Counted from the first letter of the whole stretch, positions 1-11,560 are shown. The stretch: 62,133 nt of DNA, filler included, from Hausera hauseri (GCA_046269625.1; 10 parts of 10 records of this genome joined end to end with filler, not necessarily neighbours in it), one strand, 5' to 3'. A program made the numbers and translations. The notes: generated by a model not told the origin, from the sequence alone.

Positions 1-394
1 TGGGTAAAGGGGTCCCCGTATATTTTTAGGGTTTGTTTATAGTGCGTTGTTTATCGTTCTTTTTTATGTGTAGTTAGGGGCTCTGGTGTGTTTTTATGTA
101 AGTTATATAGGACAACTATTTTTAGGTGTGTGTTTCTTCTTTATTATCATCATCATCAGCATGCTTTTGCTGCTTAGTTAGACATGAGATGCGTTGTGTG
201 GTAGTGGCACGTTATGTCTTTGTAGTAGTAGATGCTGTATCATCTTTTTGATGTCGTAATTTCTTTAATTACGTGCAGTAAGGGGTTGTGATGGTGACGT
301 GTCTCGGGGCTGGTAGCGGTGTTGGTGTTGTCATGAGGCCGTGTACGGGTCGAGGATATTTTCTTTTAATGTTGCGGTCCTCAAAGGGGTTGGG

Positions 395-785
395 AGTGGT
401 TTAGGTCGTGTTCTTCGTGTTTAGGGTAACATTTTTTTTGTTAAGGGCGGGTTTCTTACGACTGCGGGCGAGGTTTCAGGACGTCTTCTTCGTGGTTAGG
501 GACACGTTTTTGCTGTTAAGGGCATGTTTCTTTCGGCTGTAGGCGTGGTTTAGGTCGGGTTCTTCGGGTTTAGAGACATGGAATGGGCGATATTTTCTGC
601 TACGGGCGTGTTTCTCAAGGACGCAGGCATAATTTAGGTCGGCTTCCTCGGGTTTAGGGACCTGGTTTCTTGTTGTTACGGGCGTGTTTTTCGTGTTTAG
701 GGACAGGTCGGGGCATGTAAGGACATGTTTCTGACGGTTGCGGGCGGTGGTTTAGGGCGATTTCTTTGTGTTTACGGACAGCTCA
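395..785. repeat. Degenerate GT-rich tandem repeat (recurring gtttagggac / gggcgtgttt / ttcttcg motifs)
   Basis: Motifs recur many times with variable spacing; non-coding. Confidence 0.55.
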
Positions 786-807
786 TTCAATGCCGTATTT
801 TATATGG

Positions 808-1090
808 GCAAAGTCAAGCAGAAGAGTGCAGAACAGGAAGCGGGGTCATGTGACGTCAGAAGCTGATGTCAGCTGAACTAACCACTTGGGTAAAGGCAAG
901 CGGAAGAGGGCGGAACCGGAAGCGTGGTCACGCAACAGTAGAAGGTGAAATCATGAGACAGCAGAAGGTGACGTCAGAGGACAAAGTTTGGTGGAAGCAA
1001 GATGGTAGTTGAACTAAGCACGTTGGCAAAGTCAGGTGGAACGGGAAGCGGGGTCATATGACAGCAGAAGGTGAAGTCAAGATGTCCGCC
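808..1090. repeat. Degenerate ~80-140 bp repeats containing ggaagcggggtca / tgacgtca / cagaaggtga motifs
   Basis: ggaagcg(g/t)ggtca at ~836, ~918 and ~1043; cagaaggtga repeated; two TGACGTCA palindromes. Confidence 0.55.
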
Positions 1091-1244
1091 GACGTGTACT
1101 CGAGTTGATAACGTGTAGCTGGCCTAATTGTAACAACACACTATTTTATTCACATAAGAAGATTACACACAACGAATATACTATATGTTGTATTACAACT
1201 TTATTCGAGAAAGTATACAATACGTTAAACTATAGGAAAACCGT

Positions 1245-2110
1245 TCAAGTGGAACACATAAAATTCGATGACAGAATGACTTCAACGCTGTATTTTGTAT
1301 TTGGTCTATTATGGTGTGCAAAACTAAGTGGATCGTCTTGTTCTAATATCCTAATGAAATCTTCAAAGTCTTTTCTATTGTTGATGAGTGGCGGCGTGTC
1401 TAGTACAGTCGCGTTGTTTGATGATGCGTGGTAAAATCTAAGTTCCACTGTTAATTGGTGTCTGGGTATGAAGTGGTGGCTGTAGTTGATCTTGAACCTG
1501 TTTGTTTGATCTTGAAAACGTTATCTAAAAGACCACGCTAATCCAAACAATGGTCTGCGTCTGGTCTATGGAAATATGTGTATGTTGAAATGTACTTGCC
1601 AATGTTACTGTGTGTTTTTATCGAATCCCAGTTTTCTTTGTGTAATTTGTAGACGTCTTCTGGTAGAGAAACTAAAGTGTCAGCTTCATCTTGCTGCTGA
1701 TTAGAATCAGTAACTTTCTGTTGTTCTTGCTGCTGGTTAGAATCTTGCTGTTGGTTAGAATCAGTAACTTTCTGTTATTTAGGCTCAGTAGACATATCGT
1801 CAACCAAGTGGGCCCCAGTAGCTGAATTAGTGGTGTTTTCTTCAGAGGTATGCTCTTTTTTCATATGGGCTTTCAAAGTGTCGCTTCACCCATACAGACG
1901 ACCACAAATCTCACAACGAATTGGTCGTCGCCTGTGCTTTGTTTTAGAATGGCGCCAAAGGTTATCGAGACTCACGAAGTCCCGGTTGCAAACAGCACAT
2001 TCATGTTTTACACCACAACCAGGTTGAACGTGGACAGTTTCTTTATGACGACGAACATCCTTAGCCCTTGTGAAACTTTTGTCACATTCATCGCAACTGT
2101 GTGAAGGCAT
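1245..2110 (-). pseudogene. C2H2 zinc-finger protein (3 fingers) fused to the N-terminal domain typical of Polinton/Maverick-like protein-primed PolB ORFs; decayed and truncated
   Basis: Reading through stops gives CDECDKSF..H..H, CAVCNRDF..H..H and CEICGRLYG*SDTLKAHMKKEH, then a Q-rich repeat and YKLHKENWDSIKTH. After one frameshift it continues VFQDQTNRFKINYSH..ELRFYHASSNN..RPNTKY. A splice acceptor (ttttgtatattccacag) abuts the ATG at 2110. Confidence 0.55.
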
Positions 2111-2649
2111 CTGTGGAATATACAAAACATTACCACTAAATTCTTGCACAACCTTTCACTAACATTGTTGACTATAAAACTATTAACACTAAATTCTTTC
2201 ACAACTTTTCACTATCATTGTTAAATACAAACCCATTAACATTAAATTCTTTTACACCTGCTCATTCTTAACAACTTTACACTAACATTGTTGAACTCTA
2301 AACATAAACTATTTTACAAAGTTAACTTTCACTAACCTTCTAACTTGTTTTCGTAAGCAACAGCGTTTACAGACAAAGCCGAGTCAGCGTTTACAAAGCC
2401 GAATCAGCAGTATTTGTACACGGCATGTTTGCACACGGCACGTTTGCACACATCACCTGTGACCTTGATCAGTGACCCGTAACATCAATCACGTGGAAAA
2501 GACGTGATCTTTGTCAGCGAGCATAAAACATTTGGCATGTTTGTCTCGTGACCTATTTGTCTAAAGACGCGTGACCTTGGTCACGATGAAAAGATTTTTG
2601 ACAACGACCATTCGTTAACGACAAGGCCGCCCGTTTCTTAACTGGATAC

Positions 2650-2900
2650 GTTTTCCACTATACGAACATGACGTTCGCACTAAAAGTCTAACTCGTCCGT
2701 CGTTACAGGACGACATTTTTCACTAAAAGTCCAACTCGCCCGTCGTTACAGGGCGACATTTTCCACTATAAGTCCACGAAGTCCGTCATTTATGTATACA
2801 ATTATATAATGTAACGACAAGACTTTTTCACTAAAAGGCCGACCTGTCCGTCGTTACAGGGAAACCTTTTTCACTAAAAGTCCAACTCGCCCGGCATTTA
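2650..2900. repeat. Tandem ~40-bp minisatellite (ttttcactaaaagtccaactcgcccgtcgttacagg..)
   Basis: About six degenerate copies of cactaaaagtc(c/t)aactcg..gtcgttacagg. Confidence 0.8.
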
Positions 2901-2916
2901 TGTATACAATTATATA

Positions 2917-3138
2917 CAGGGCCAGCCTTAGGCCGATTTGACCGATTGCTCCAAATTGGGTCCCGCGCCTGGCAGGGGCCCGGCAATTTACATTTCGTAT
3001 GTATGTTGTATAATAAATGTTGATATAATGATATAATGATCTAATTAATAGTAATAGTTGTTATTGTAAAAAAAGTTAGAAGAGGGGCCTCGCAAGCATC
3101 CGCTAAATTGGACCCCGCAATTCGTAAGGCCGGCCCTG
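2917..3138. mobile_element. hAT-like MITE
   Basis: 14-bp TIRs CAGGGCCAGCCTTA (2917) and TAAGGCCGGCCCTG (ending 3138), 13/14 match, CAGGG-type end; no matching 8-bp TSD seen. Confidence 0.7.
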
Positions 3139-3574
3139 GTCACAATTGCGACTGAAAAACCGATGACAAGATCGAAAGCGAGATAACTAATCACTACGCC
3201 ATCGCGGCTTCTGGTAATAATAGTTACAGTATGCATTTATCTGGCAAGCAGAAGTAATGGATTCAAAAACGCGTTCTTAGAATGTACATTACCTCTTATC
3301 GAAAGAATTGATTTGGCTCACGAACATTTTCAGAACGTGACCGTTGTACCACAAACCTTATGAGCTTATTTAATAGAGAAAAGGCCCATTACCAAGGTCA
3401 GACATGCTTTCATTTCACGGAGGAATATATGCAAACACTGCAGTCTCTGAACTAAGCGTCGGGTTTTTATCTCCTCTGTAAAAACATTCTTGTTTTATGG
3501 CTAAAAAACACAGGGACATAGGAATTTAAGCTAAAAACATATGTAAACAGACATTTGTTCATAGAAACAAAGAG

Positions 3575-3750
3575 CAAGACGACATTTCAAACGAATGCCT
3601 ACTAGAGAAGACAAGCCAAGACAGCATTAGAATAATGGAATGGAAGTGGGTAAGACATACACTACGCAGCGAGAAAAGTAACACTGCTTGCGATAGAACC
3701 TTCAGGAACAAAGAAGGGTCGGAAGACCTTCAACAACCTTGAGAGTGACC
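3575..3750 (+). mobile_element. Non-LTR retrotransposon (RTE-like) 3' remnant
   Basis: Translates ISNECLLEKTSQDSIRIMEWKWVRHTLR ... VGRPSTTLR, resembling the ISNxxL..W.WIGHTLR..GRPxxTW tail of RTE ORF2. Confidence 0.55.
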
Positions 3751-4465
3751 CGTGGCATAGAGTAACGTCGTAAATACATCATGAAACAGAATAAGAATAT
3801 GAGACAGCACTAGGTGAAGAGAAAGAGTGGTTGGAACATGTATATAACGGGAATCACGGACACGTTTATAGAAGGCGATAGAAGGAAATACGTCATAAAC
3901 ATAACAAATGATTAAGCCATCTTTGCTCAGCGTCAATGCGACATTTGCTCCTTAGATCTCCTATCATGTGCGGTAATGACTGAAAACACGTCTCGAAATG
4001 ATCAATGGATAGATGCTCTTTCATGTCTTGGCTCCGTGTTAGCTGTTTCGCAACATTTATTTGACAATGCCTTCCACTCTACTCATTAATTACCCGATTT
4101 CTTTCATCTTAGTTGTTTAATGGTGATTAAATCATAAATTACTAGCAACTGAAAGCAATGCATTAATAGTATTATAAAAGAATGAATTCAAATGTGTATA
4201 AATCATAAAGTAAAATAAAGATAAATAACCAAATCATCTCATATCTACACTTGAAATAATAGAGTTAAATTTGTTATTGCTGATTCTCTGTAATTGAAGT
4301 TTTCCTTCCAGTGGTTTCCTTCCTGTTCACTTGATTGACAGTTTATTAATAATAGAATGCGTCTTCTTGACACGTGGTAATGGTTAGATTAGCACAAAGT
4401 TCTCTAATTGTCCTTGCTACTGTTTTGTCTATTCATCAGTTCTCACACTGTCTGTCTAATAATTA

Positions 4466-4565
4466 NNNNNNNNNNNNNNNNNNNNNNNNNNNNNNNNNNN
4501 NNNNNNNNNTTAATTAATTAANNNNNNNNNNNNNNNNNNNNNNNNNNNNNNNNNNNNNNNNNNNN
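4466..4565. other. Artificial contig spacer (N44 + TTAATTAATTAA + N44); identical spacers at 9585-9684, 17649-17748, 24279-24378, 28727-28826, 33722-33821, 43802-43901, 50991-51090, 57531-57630
   Basis: Nine identical 100-nt blocks with a six-frame-stop 12-mer; base composition and gene content change abruptly across them. Confidence 0.98.
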
Positions 4566-4815
4566 CCATCCATGTGCTGATTCTCGCATATCATCAATCA
4601 TCATGACCGGCCGATCTCCGAATAAATCAGCGTGTCCCTAACAATGTTCACACGGCAGGCAGACTGGATGCGGGTGCGAAGGCCTACTTATTCTAACGGA
4701 TGAAGGGCAGCGCCGAAACAGGTTATATTCAAGTAGTATTACGGGGTAGCCCAGCGGTAGCAGCAAAACCCGTTTACGGCACCAGCATATTCTCTGTAGA
4801 TAAGGATCACCACAC

Positions 4816-7800
4816 ATGCCTATACGTACTCCCTCCAGCACACCGTCAACCACCTGGCGCCGCCGGGTCTTATATGTCACCGTTATTGCGGCATTGCCAT
4901 ACCTGGGGTTGACTCAGGCGCATGCCGATTGCGTGGCGAGCATACCGGAGGCTTCCAATAACCCGGATTTTGGGAATGCGGGTTATAGTTCATCCACAAC
5001 ACCATCGGTCAAGTGTAGTAGCGCAACATCGGCCAATGCCCTCGTCAGTGGCAGCGGCAATCTGACCATCACCGACAACACGACTTTCGTGGATCGTACG
5101 CAACAAGGCCAAACGACAACCAAACCGGGGGGTGACACTTTGCTTCAGTTTGAAGGGCAAGGTCGCACGTTGATCGTAAATTCCGGTGCCCTGCTGGGTA
5201 ATTTTCGCAATACCACCAATGGCAACCGTACTGCCGTGTGGATGGGCCATGCGGCTGTCAGTGGCAATATGGCATCCGCATACGCGTTCAATGCGGATAC
5301 GTTTACGCCCAGTACAACCACCACCGTCACCTATAACAGCGGTGCTGCAACCACCACCCTGAATCTGGCTAGTACGCCGGATACTTCCTGGGTGGGTCAG
5401 AAACTGGTGATCGGGCGTTTCGACAGTGCGCGAGGGTATTATTCTCCGGCAACGGCTTATACCATCACCGCTGTAGATACAACGAACAAGACGGTGACCA
5501 TCAGCGGGCAGTTGCCAACGAATTTTGCTGATGCTACCGGGGTCAGCACGGCCCTGCCCATACGTTATGCGGTAATCGATAATTACGGTGCCTATGCCAC
5601 CATGACAACGCCGGTTAATTCGGGGGTGAGTCTGAACAATGTCATTCAGAATAAAGGCACGATCACCACGGGTATATCACTGGGTGAAATCAATACCACA
5701 GCAACCGGGGCTGCCGCTTCTCCTTACAATGCCACCATCAAGGGCATCATGATGGATGGTATCGGCACACATGGAATTGATAACAAGTCTGGAGGTACCA
5801 TCAGTGCCAGCCATGCGGGAATCGGTAATGCCTATGCAATAGAGGCCAACGACCGGGCGCGTCTGGATATTTACAACGCCGGGACGATCCTCGCAGAGCG
5901 TACGGTGTCACTGAGCCTGTATTCAGTCGGAACCAGCGGCACCCCGACCGCCACCGCCAGCGGTATTGGATATGCTGCGACAGCAATAGGCAACGTGAAT
6001 GCACTCAATGTGCAGAACGAAGTGCTGCAAATCAATGTACTGAACGACGGTGTGATCCGCTCCAAGGGGGACTATAGCGGAACGCTGTATTCTCTGGGCC
6101 TGGCCAATAACATTACCAATAATGGCTTGATCGAGCATGTTTCCACGGCCAGTACCGATACAGCTCCGGATTACAGCAAGGGGTTTGCCATCGGTGTCTC
6201 CGGGCGGAATTTTAACAGCATCAGCGATATCCGCACTTTGAGCCTGACCAATAACGGTACGGGTATCCTGCGTGGAGACATACTGGCGGTGAATAGCAGC
6301 GCCCTGCGCTGGTACTTGCTCAGCACGGTGGGAACCACCACAAGCGGCAGTTCTAATCTGGCGCAGGGGTTGAATGACCGGATTAACGTCAGCGGGGGGC
6401 AGGCCAACAGTACCATCAGCAATGCGGGCACCATGACTGGCAATGTCTGGTTGAGTAATGGGGCACATACCCTGACCAATACCGGCACTTTGCGCGGAAA
6501 TGTAGATGTGGAGCAACGGGATACCGGCTCCGGGACAGCTTCAGGCAGTGTGGTGGTGCTGGATAGCGGTAGCGGTGCAGCCTCCAATAACACCTTGCAG
6601 GGTAGCCAGTATGTATTCCGTGGAGCCAAGACGTTTAATTTCAGCAACAGCAGTCGTTTCACGGGCAATATCGGCATCACCAATGCCAGCTCATCTTTCA
6701 GCGGCAGCTATACGCCGCCGGGTGGAGGTGCCGCACAGACGGTGAGCGGCACCGTCAACAGTAATAATACCGTGCAAAATACCGGTACCTTTGACGGCAA
6801 TATCAGCATTAACGATGTTGCGGGTGCTCAAAACACCATTACGCTGACCGGCGATGGTTTTGGGCGAACGGATACGAATGCCGTAAACAGCGCAAGCGGC
6901 AATATTTCGGCCATCAATGGCACGGGCACCAATGTATTGAACCTGTCTGGCACCGGAACCCTGCGCGGGAATGTCAGCAAATTCACCACCCTGAATGTCA
7001 GTGATGCGTCAGCAAACTGGACGCTGGATACCGGCAAGAGCTTTGAGTTCAGCAATGTTGCCCGTGTAGATGCGGGTGTGCTGAATGTATTGGGCAACCT
7101 GCGGGCCAATACCGAGCTTGGTTCTGCCGCAACGCTGAAAGGTAGCGGTACCATTACCGGTAACCTGAATAGTGGGGGCACCGTTGATCTGGCCAGCACG
7201 ACACTGAATGTCACCGGCAATGTAACGTTGCAATCTGGTTCCAGTCTTCGTACTACCATCATTCCAGGGGCAAACGGCAAGCTGCTGGCAGGGGGGAGCG
7301 CCAGCGTGAGCAGTGCGGCTACCGTTGTGCCAACGGTCAATGGTGTATCGATTAAAACGGGAGATCAGTTTACGGTGGTGACGGCAAATGCAGGCGTGAG
7401 TGGAGTGCCAACGGTGGCCAATAGTGGGTTGATCAAGTGGGCTGCCAATGTGGTGGGGGCCAATAACCTGGTATTGACGGCTACGGTGACGGACACAGCG
7501 AGCCTGCCAGGTACGTTTTCCAGTGTACTGAATGCCTTGTTGTCGTTCAACAATCCACTGGGCGTGCAGGTGCTCAACCAGATGACTGAAGCGGATGTGC
7601 GAAAGTCTGTAGAACAATTACGGCCAGAGATCAATGGTGCGGCGCTACAAGCTGCAATCAGCATGACCGATAAGGTGCTGGGTTTGGTGAGTGCCCGGCT
7701 CAATGAAATCTATTGGACGGAGTCGGGTGGAAGAACCGGTATTGCAACCGGTGAACAACCGAATGGTGCCGGGGTGTGGTTGCAGGGGTTTGGTTTTAAG

Positions 7801-8589
7801 GGGGAGCAACTGCGCCGTAACAATGTCGACGGGTACAGTCTGGGCAGTTATGGTGTGGTGCTGGGGGCAGACAAGCTGGTGAGTGACAATATGCGGGTGG
7901 GCGCAGCGCTGAGCTATGGGCGCTCTGGTGTGGATGACCAGGGGGTCAATAGCGGTAACAAGTTCAATATGGACAGTTATCAGCTTTCTCTCTATGGTTC
8001 CCGGCTGATGACAGGATGGTATCTGGATACCATGTTAGGCATAGGCCACCATGAATATGATAGTACCCGTCTGGTATTGGGTAATGTGGTGAATGGTCAG
8101 CACGCCGCCTGGCAATATACAGCCAAAGTGGAAGCCGGTTGGCCTGTAGCTGTAGGCACCGTAACGCTGACCCCTGTTGCAGGGCTAACCTATAGTCGGC
8201 TGAATCAGGATGGATATACCGAAACCGGGGTGGGTGCCTTGACGATTTCGGGTGACAACACCAGCTCCGTGCGCTCGGGGTTGGGCAGCAAGCTGATGCT
8301 GCCCCTGCAGACCGGGGCACTGGATAGCGCCCTGGTGTTGCATGCCATTTGGGGGCATGAGTTTCTGAATACCCGGCAAGATGCGATAGCACGTTTTGTG
8401 GCTGGAGGAAATGCCTTCACCACGACCGGCGTGAACCCTGCACGTGACAGTCTGAATTTTGGGGGTAGCCTGGTCTTTCTGCGTAACCAGAAAGAGATGC
8501 GGCAGCAGTTGTTGCTCAACTATGATGCCGAAGTCAGGGAACGGTATTTAGGGCATACCGTGAAGTTACAGGCCAGACTTGAGTTCTAG
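4816..8589 (+). CDS. Type Va autotransporter (bacterial): signal peptide, G/N/T/S-rich beta-helical passenger, C-terminal beta-barrel
   Basis: 1257-aa open ORF; signal peptide ending AHA; many NxGxIxG repeats; barrel motifs GVWLQGFG, LGAD, Y-x-E-x-G; terminal Phe (QARLEF); GC much higher than the neighbouring contigs. Confidence 0.95.
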   Translation: MPIRTPSSTPSTTWRRRVLYVTVIAALPYLGLTQAHADCVASIPEASNNPDFGNAGYSSSTTPSVKCSSATSANALVSGSGNLTITDNTTFVDRTQQGQTTTKPGGDTLLQFEGQGRTLIVNSGALLGNFRNTTNGNRTAVWMGHAAVSGNMASAYAFNADTFTPSTTTTVTYNSGAATTTLNLASTPDTSWVGQKLVIGRFDSARGYYSPATAYTITAVDTTNKTVTISGQLPTNFADATGVSTALPIRYAVIDNYGAYATMTTPVNSGVSLNNVIQNKGTITTGISLGEINTTATGAAASPYNATIKGIMMDGIGTHGIDNKSGGTISASHAGIGNAYAIEANDRARLDIYNAGTILAERTVSLSLYSVGTSGTPTATASGIGYAATAIGNVNALNVQNEVLQINVLNDGVIRSKGDYSGTLYSLGLANNITNNGLIEHVSTASTDTAPDYSKGFAIGVSGRNFNSISDIRTLSLTNNGTGILRGDILAVNSSALRWYLLSTVGTTTSGSSNLAQGLNDRINVSGGQANSTISNAGTMTGNVWLSNGAHTLTNTGTLRGNVDVEQRDTGSGTASGSVVVLDSGSGAASNNTLQGSQYVFRGAKTFNFSNSSRFTGNIGITNASSSFSGSYTPPGGGAAQTVSGTVNSNNTVQNTGTFDGNISINDVAGAQNTITLTGDGFGRTDTNAVNSASGNISAINGTGTNVLNLSGTGTLRGNVSKFTTLNVSDASANWTLDTGKSFEFSNVARVDAGVLNVLGNLRANTELGSAATLKGSGTITGNLNSGGTVDLASTTLNVTGNVTLQSGSSLRTTIIPGANGKLLAGGSASVSSAATVVPTVNGVSIKTGDQFTVVTANAGVSGVPTVANSGLIKWAANVVGANNLVLTATVTDTASLPGTFSSVLNALLSFNNPLGVQVLNQMTEADVRKSVEQLRPEINGAALQAAISMTDKVLGLVSARLNEIYWTESGGRTGIATGEQPNGAGVWLQGFGFKGEQLRRNNVDGYSLGSYGVVLGADKLVSDNMRVGAALSYGRSGVDDQGVNSGNKFNMDSYQLSLYGSRLMTGWYLDTMLGIGHHEYDSTRLVLGNVVNGQHAAWQYTAKVEAGWPVAVGTVTLTPVAGLTYSRLNQDGYTETGVGALTISGDNTSSVRSGLGSKLMLPLQTGALDSALVLHAIWGHEFLNTRQDAIARFVAGGNAFTTTGVNPARDSLNFGGSLVFLRNQKEMRQQLLLNYDAEVRERYLGHTVKLQARLEF

Positions 8590-8663
8590 GTGTGGTGAGT
8601 TCCTGGCGCTATTTTTACAGCCGGTGGTCGGGGTGTTTATTGTCCAGGATGTTTTGAGGGGCG

Positions 8664-9500
8664 GTGACTGTGAGATTCTACTGGATAGTAGTCGGGGTGC
8701 TATGTGCGTGTGCGACACCGCAGGTATCCAACGAAATCGCACATGCCCAGGCCGTGGGTATGGAAAGAGTGAATATTGATCTGGAGGGTTTCCGCATGAC
8801 GACTTTTCAGCGGATCAACTCGCTCCACGACCCGGTTCGGGTATATATAGAGGGGGATGGCTATGCCTGGATCAGCCGCTCCCGAGCCTCTTCTGACCCA
8901 ACTCCAAAACAGGCGGCTGCATTGGCGATGGCGGTGCAGGATCGTGCTGCCAATGTGGTGTATCTGGCGCGTCCTTGCCAATACAGTTTGGCCCAGAGTC
9001 AGCATTGTCATGTTGGGCTATGGACAGATCAGCGGTTTTCCAAGGAAGTCATCCATACGATGCATGCTACTTTGGATCGCGTGATGCAGGCTGTTCCGGG
9101 ACAGCCGGTTGAGCTGGTCGGATATTCCGGTGGAGCCGCTATTGCTGTGCTTTTGGCGGCGCAGCGTCAGGATGTTGCCAGTTTGCGTACGGTGGCGGGC
9201 AATCTGGATCATGAGGTGGTAAACCGCTATCACCACGTCAGTGTTATGCCCTTATCCTTGAACCCAATGGATGTGGCCGCGCAAATTATGCGAGTGCCAC
9301 AGCGCCATTTTGTCGGGGGTAAAGATCGCGTCATTCCGCCATTCTTGGCAGAGCATTTTATTCGTCAGCAGTATGGCGAGTGTGCCTCGATCACGCAGGT
9401 GGCAGAGGCCACGCATCAGGAAGGCTGGTCAGAACAATGGCCGATGTTGTTAAGTCTGCCTGTGGTATGCCGGGTGCATGGTCATGCCGATCTGAACTGA
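8664..9500 (+). CDS. Alpha/beta-hydrolase-fold lipoprotein (putative esterase)
   Basis: Lipobox-like VLCAC, VYIEGDG, LARPCQY, nucleophile motif GYSGG, candidate Asp (GGKD) and His (ATH); 74 bp downstream of the autotransporter on the same strand. Confidence 0.88.
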   Translation: MTVRFYWIVVGVLCACATPQVSNEIAHAQAVGMERVNIDLEGFRMTTFQRINSLHDPVRVYIEGDGYAWISRSRASSDPTPKQAAALAMAVQDRAANVVYLARPCQYSLAQSQHCHVGLWTDQRFSKEVIHTMHATLDRVMQAVPGQPVELVGYSGGAAIAVLLAAQRQDVASLRTVAGNLDHEVVNRYHHVSVMPLSLNPMDVAAQIMRVPQRHFVGGKDRVIPPFLAEHFIRQQYGECASITQVAEATHQEGWSEQWPMLLSLPVVCRVHGHADLN

Positions 9501-9684
9501 CAGGCGTTTAGCCCGGATATTTCACCACCCCCTGCCCCAACCCAAATCAACGTGCATTGACGTCCCTGCGAGACCGGCAGGATGNNNNNNNNNNNNNNNN
9601 NNNNNNNNNNNNNNNNNNNNNNNNNNNNTTAATTAATTAANNNNNNNNNNNNNNNNNNNNNNNNNNNNNNNNNNNNNNNNNNNN

Positions 9685-11560
9685 AGAATTCTTCCACTTT
9701 CTTCCACCAGTTGAACCTTTTGTTCAAGCTTATGATCACTCCACCGATTATGATTGCCGTTACGATAAGTATACCACTTATTGTCGTTGTAGTGTTCGTA
9801 TCCTTTATTTCCCGAATTGTCTGAAATTGTTCCAACTCATTCAACATGTCATTGTAGTCTATTTTCTCCATCGCCCTCAAGTGTGTTAAAGGTTTCCCGA
9901 ACATCAAATTCATCTTCGTCACTACGGTTTCCATTTTGGTGTTTTCCCATTGTCGTTCGTTCATGTCAATCTGCGAAGTATTCATCTTTGCCATCTCTAC
10001 ATTTATTTTTGAGTCAAACAATTTCGGTTCGCTAATAACCATTTCACTTGAGTACAGGGAACATCCCTTTTCTAACTGGATTATTTCTAGCCTCTTCTGC
10101 AAACGTATTGTTTCAGTCTTCAATTTTCCGTCTTGCTCACATAATTTTTGTGCTTTCAGTTCTGTTTTCGTAATTACTACCCACATGTCTCTGCCTATTT
10201 TCGTTGCTTGTGGTGTTCGCATTTTCTTAACCAGTTCCTTTCTGCAATATTTCTCAATTCCTTCTAAGTTGTTTTCGTGGACATTCAGGATACATGATTC
10301 CGTTTGCTTCGTACTATACATCGGTTTCGCTATTTCACAGTATTCATTGTTCGTTTCTTTGCATTTGCTAAACTCTTCTTGTTGTAGTACCATAAACATG
10401 GTGTTGGCTTTATTTACTAGTAATGCCCTGCCTTCCGGAATGTTCCTTACATAATAGTTCCCCCATAATTCACTCTTTTCGTTTCCGCCATTACTATTCA
10501 CTTTACCAATTCTCGTGATCTCGCATAACTCGTATTCTTCAGCGATGTCTACTAATGGAATACTCATAATCATTACTAATTGACCTCTATTGATGAACGT
10601 TTCCGTTTCTAGGCGTTCATAGTAATCTATTAGGTGTTCTTCTAAGTTAATTGGCATTCGTAAGTTTTGTGGTATAGTTTTCTGGATGCTCTCTAAAATT
10701 ATCTTCAACTCTGTCGGACCTATAGCATTTACATTTAGTCTCTTCAATGTGGTAAGGCTTATGATGTCCTCAATGTTGTTGGCAACTCTTTCAATTCTTC
10801 TTACTAGTTCCCTGCATCGGCCTTCGATGGACATTAGCATTCCTAATTCATTTACTTTAATCTCAAGTTCTCTGGATATATTTTCTATATTGCTTCCCAT
10901 TTCCGTTAGATATGTTTCAACTCTGGTCATATGTGTGGTGTACTCGTTGATTTTTCTTCTATTCTCAGCTATTTCTCGATTTGTTATATTTATTGCTGAG
11001 ATACTTCGTTCTAACACATGTTTCATAACTTCTATATTACCGTTGATCACATGAACACTCTGTTTTACGTTTTGCAATTCATCTTCTCTCGCCGTCCCAA
11101 ATAACGTATCTAATAATTCTCCGACAAATGGTATGATGGCTCGTTTGGTACGACTTCTATTTAGCCAATTCAATCTTTCCTTGATATTTCTAACTTCATG
11201 TCGCCACTGCTTCACTTCTCTCTCTGATTCTTGTAGCATCTTTTGGAAATATATAGCAGCGTTCGTTTTCTGATTTCTACTATTCATATACCTTCTTTCA
11301 TAGAGCAATTTGCTAGCGTTTTCTAGTTTTTCCTCCACATCTATCACTTGTTCTTGGAAATTCTTTATCGGCTGAGTAATTATCAATCTCCAGTGTGCTT
11401 TTATTTGGCGTACATCTTTGGTCTTTACAAATATCATACCTTGGCTTTGGAAAATTCCTTTCCTCGCTTGTGTCGACACGACAACTTCCCAGCTGATAAG
11501 GACTGTGATCATCAACAGACGTATTTTCATCATGTCCTGTGGATTATACATCCGCACCAT
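9685..11560 (-). CDS. env: Envelope fusion glycoprotein, F-type (baculovirus F / errantivirus env-like); 3' end cut by the contig edge
   Basis: Signal peptide (MKIRLLMITVLISWEVVVSTQA), furin site RSRTKR followed by fusion peptide AIIPFVGELLDTLFG, heptad repeats, Cys-rich region, C-terminal TM (ISGILIVTAIIIGGVIISL); open for ~625 codons. Confidence 0.88.

Noticed and set aside
2650-2900. CRISPR array (also considered for 52404-52900)
   Set aside because: These are head-to-tail degenerate repeats with no unique spacers and no cas genes, in a eukaryotic context.
4510-4521. TTAATTAATTAA as a biological motif or piggyBac target site
   Set aside because: It is identical in all nine N-spacers and is an artificial six-frame stop linker. 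ORF ends showing X..LIN or X..N are artefacts of it.
4990-8519. Many minus-strand ORFs over the autotransporter, and plus-strand ORFs over env/pol/NSD (e.g. 11936-12673, 18794-19681)
   Set aside because: Antisense shadows of real coding sequence, with no motifs of their own.
4566-9584. Horizontal transfer of the autotransporter into the eukaryotic genome
   Set aside because: It is a separate contig with no physical linkage to eukaryotic DNA.
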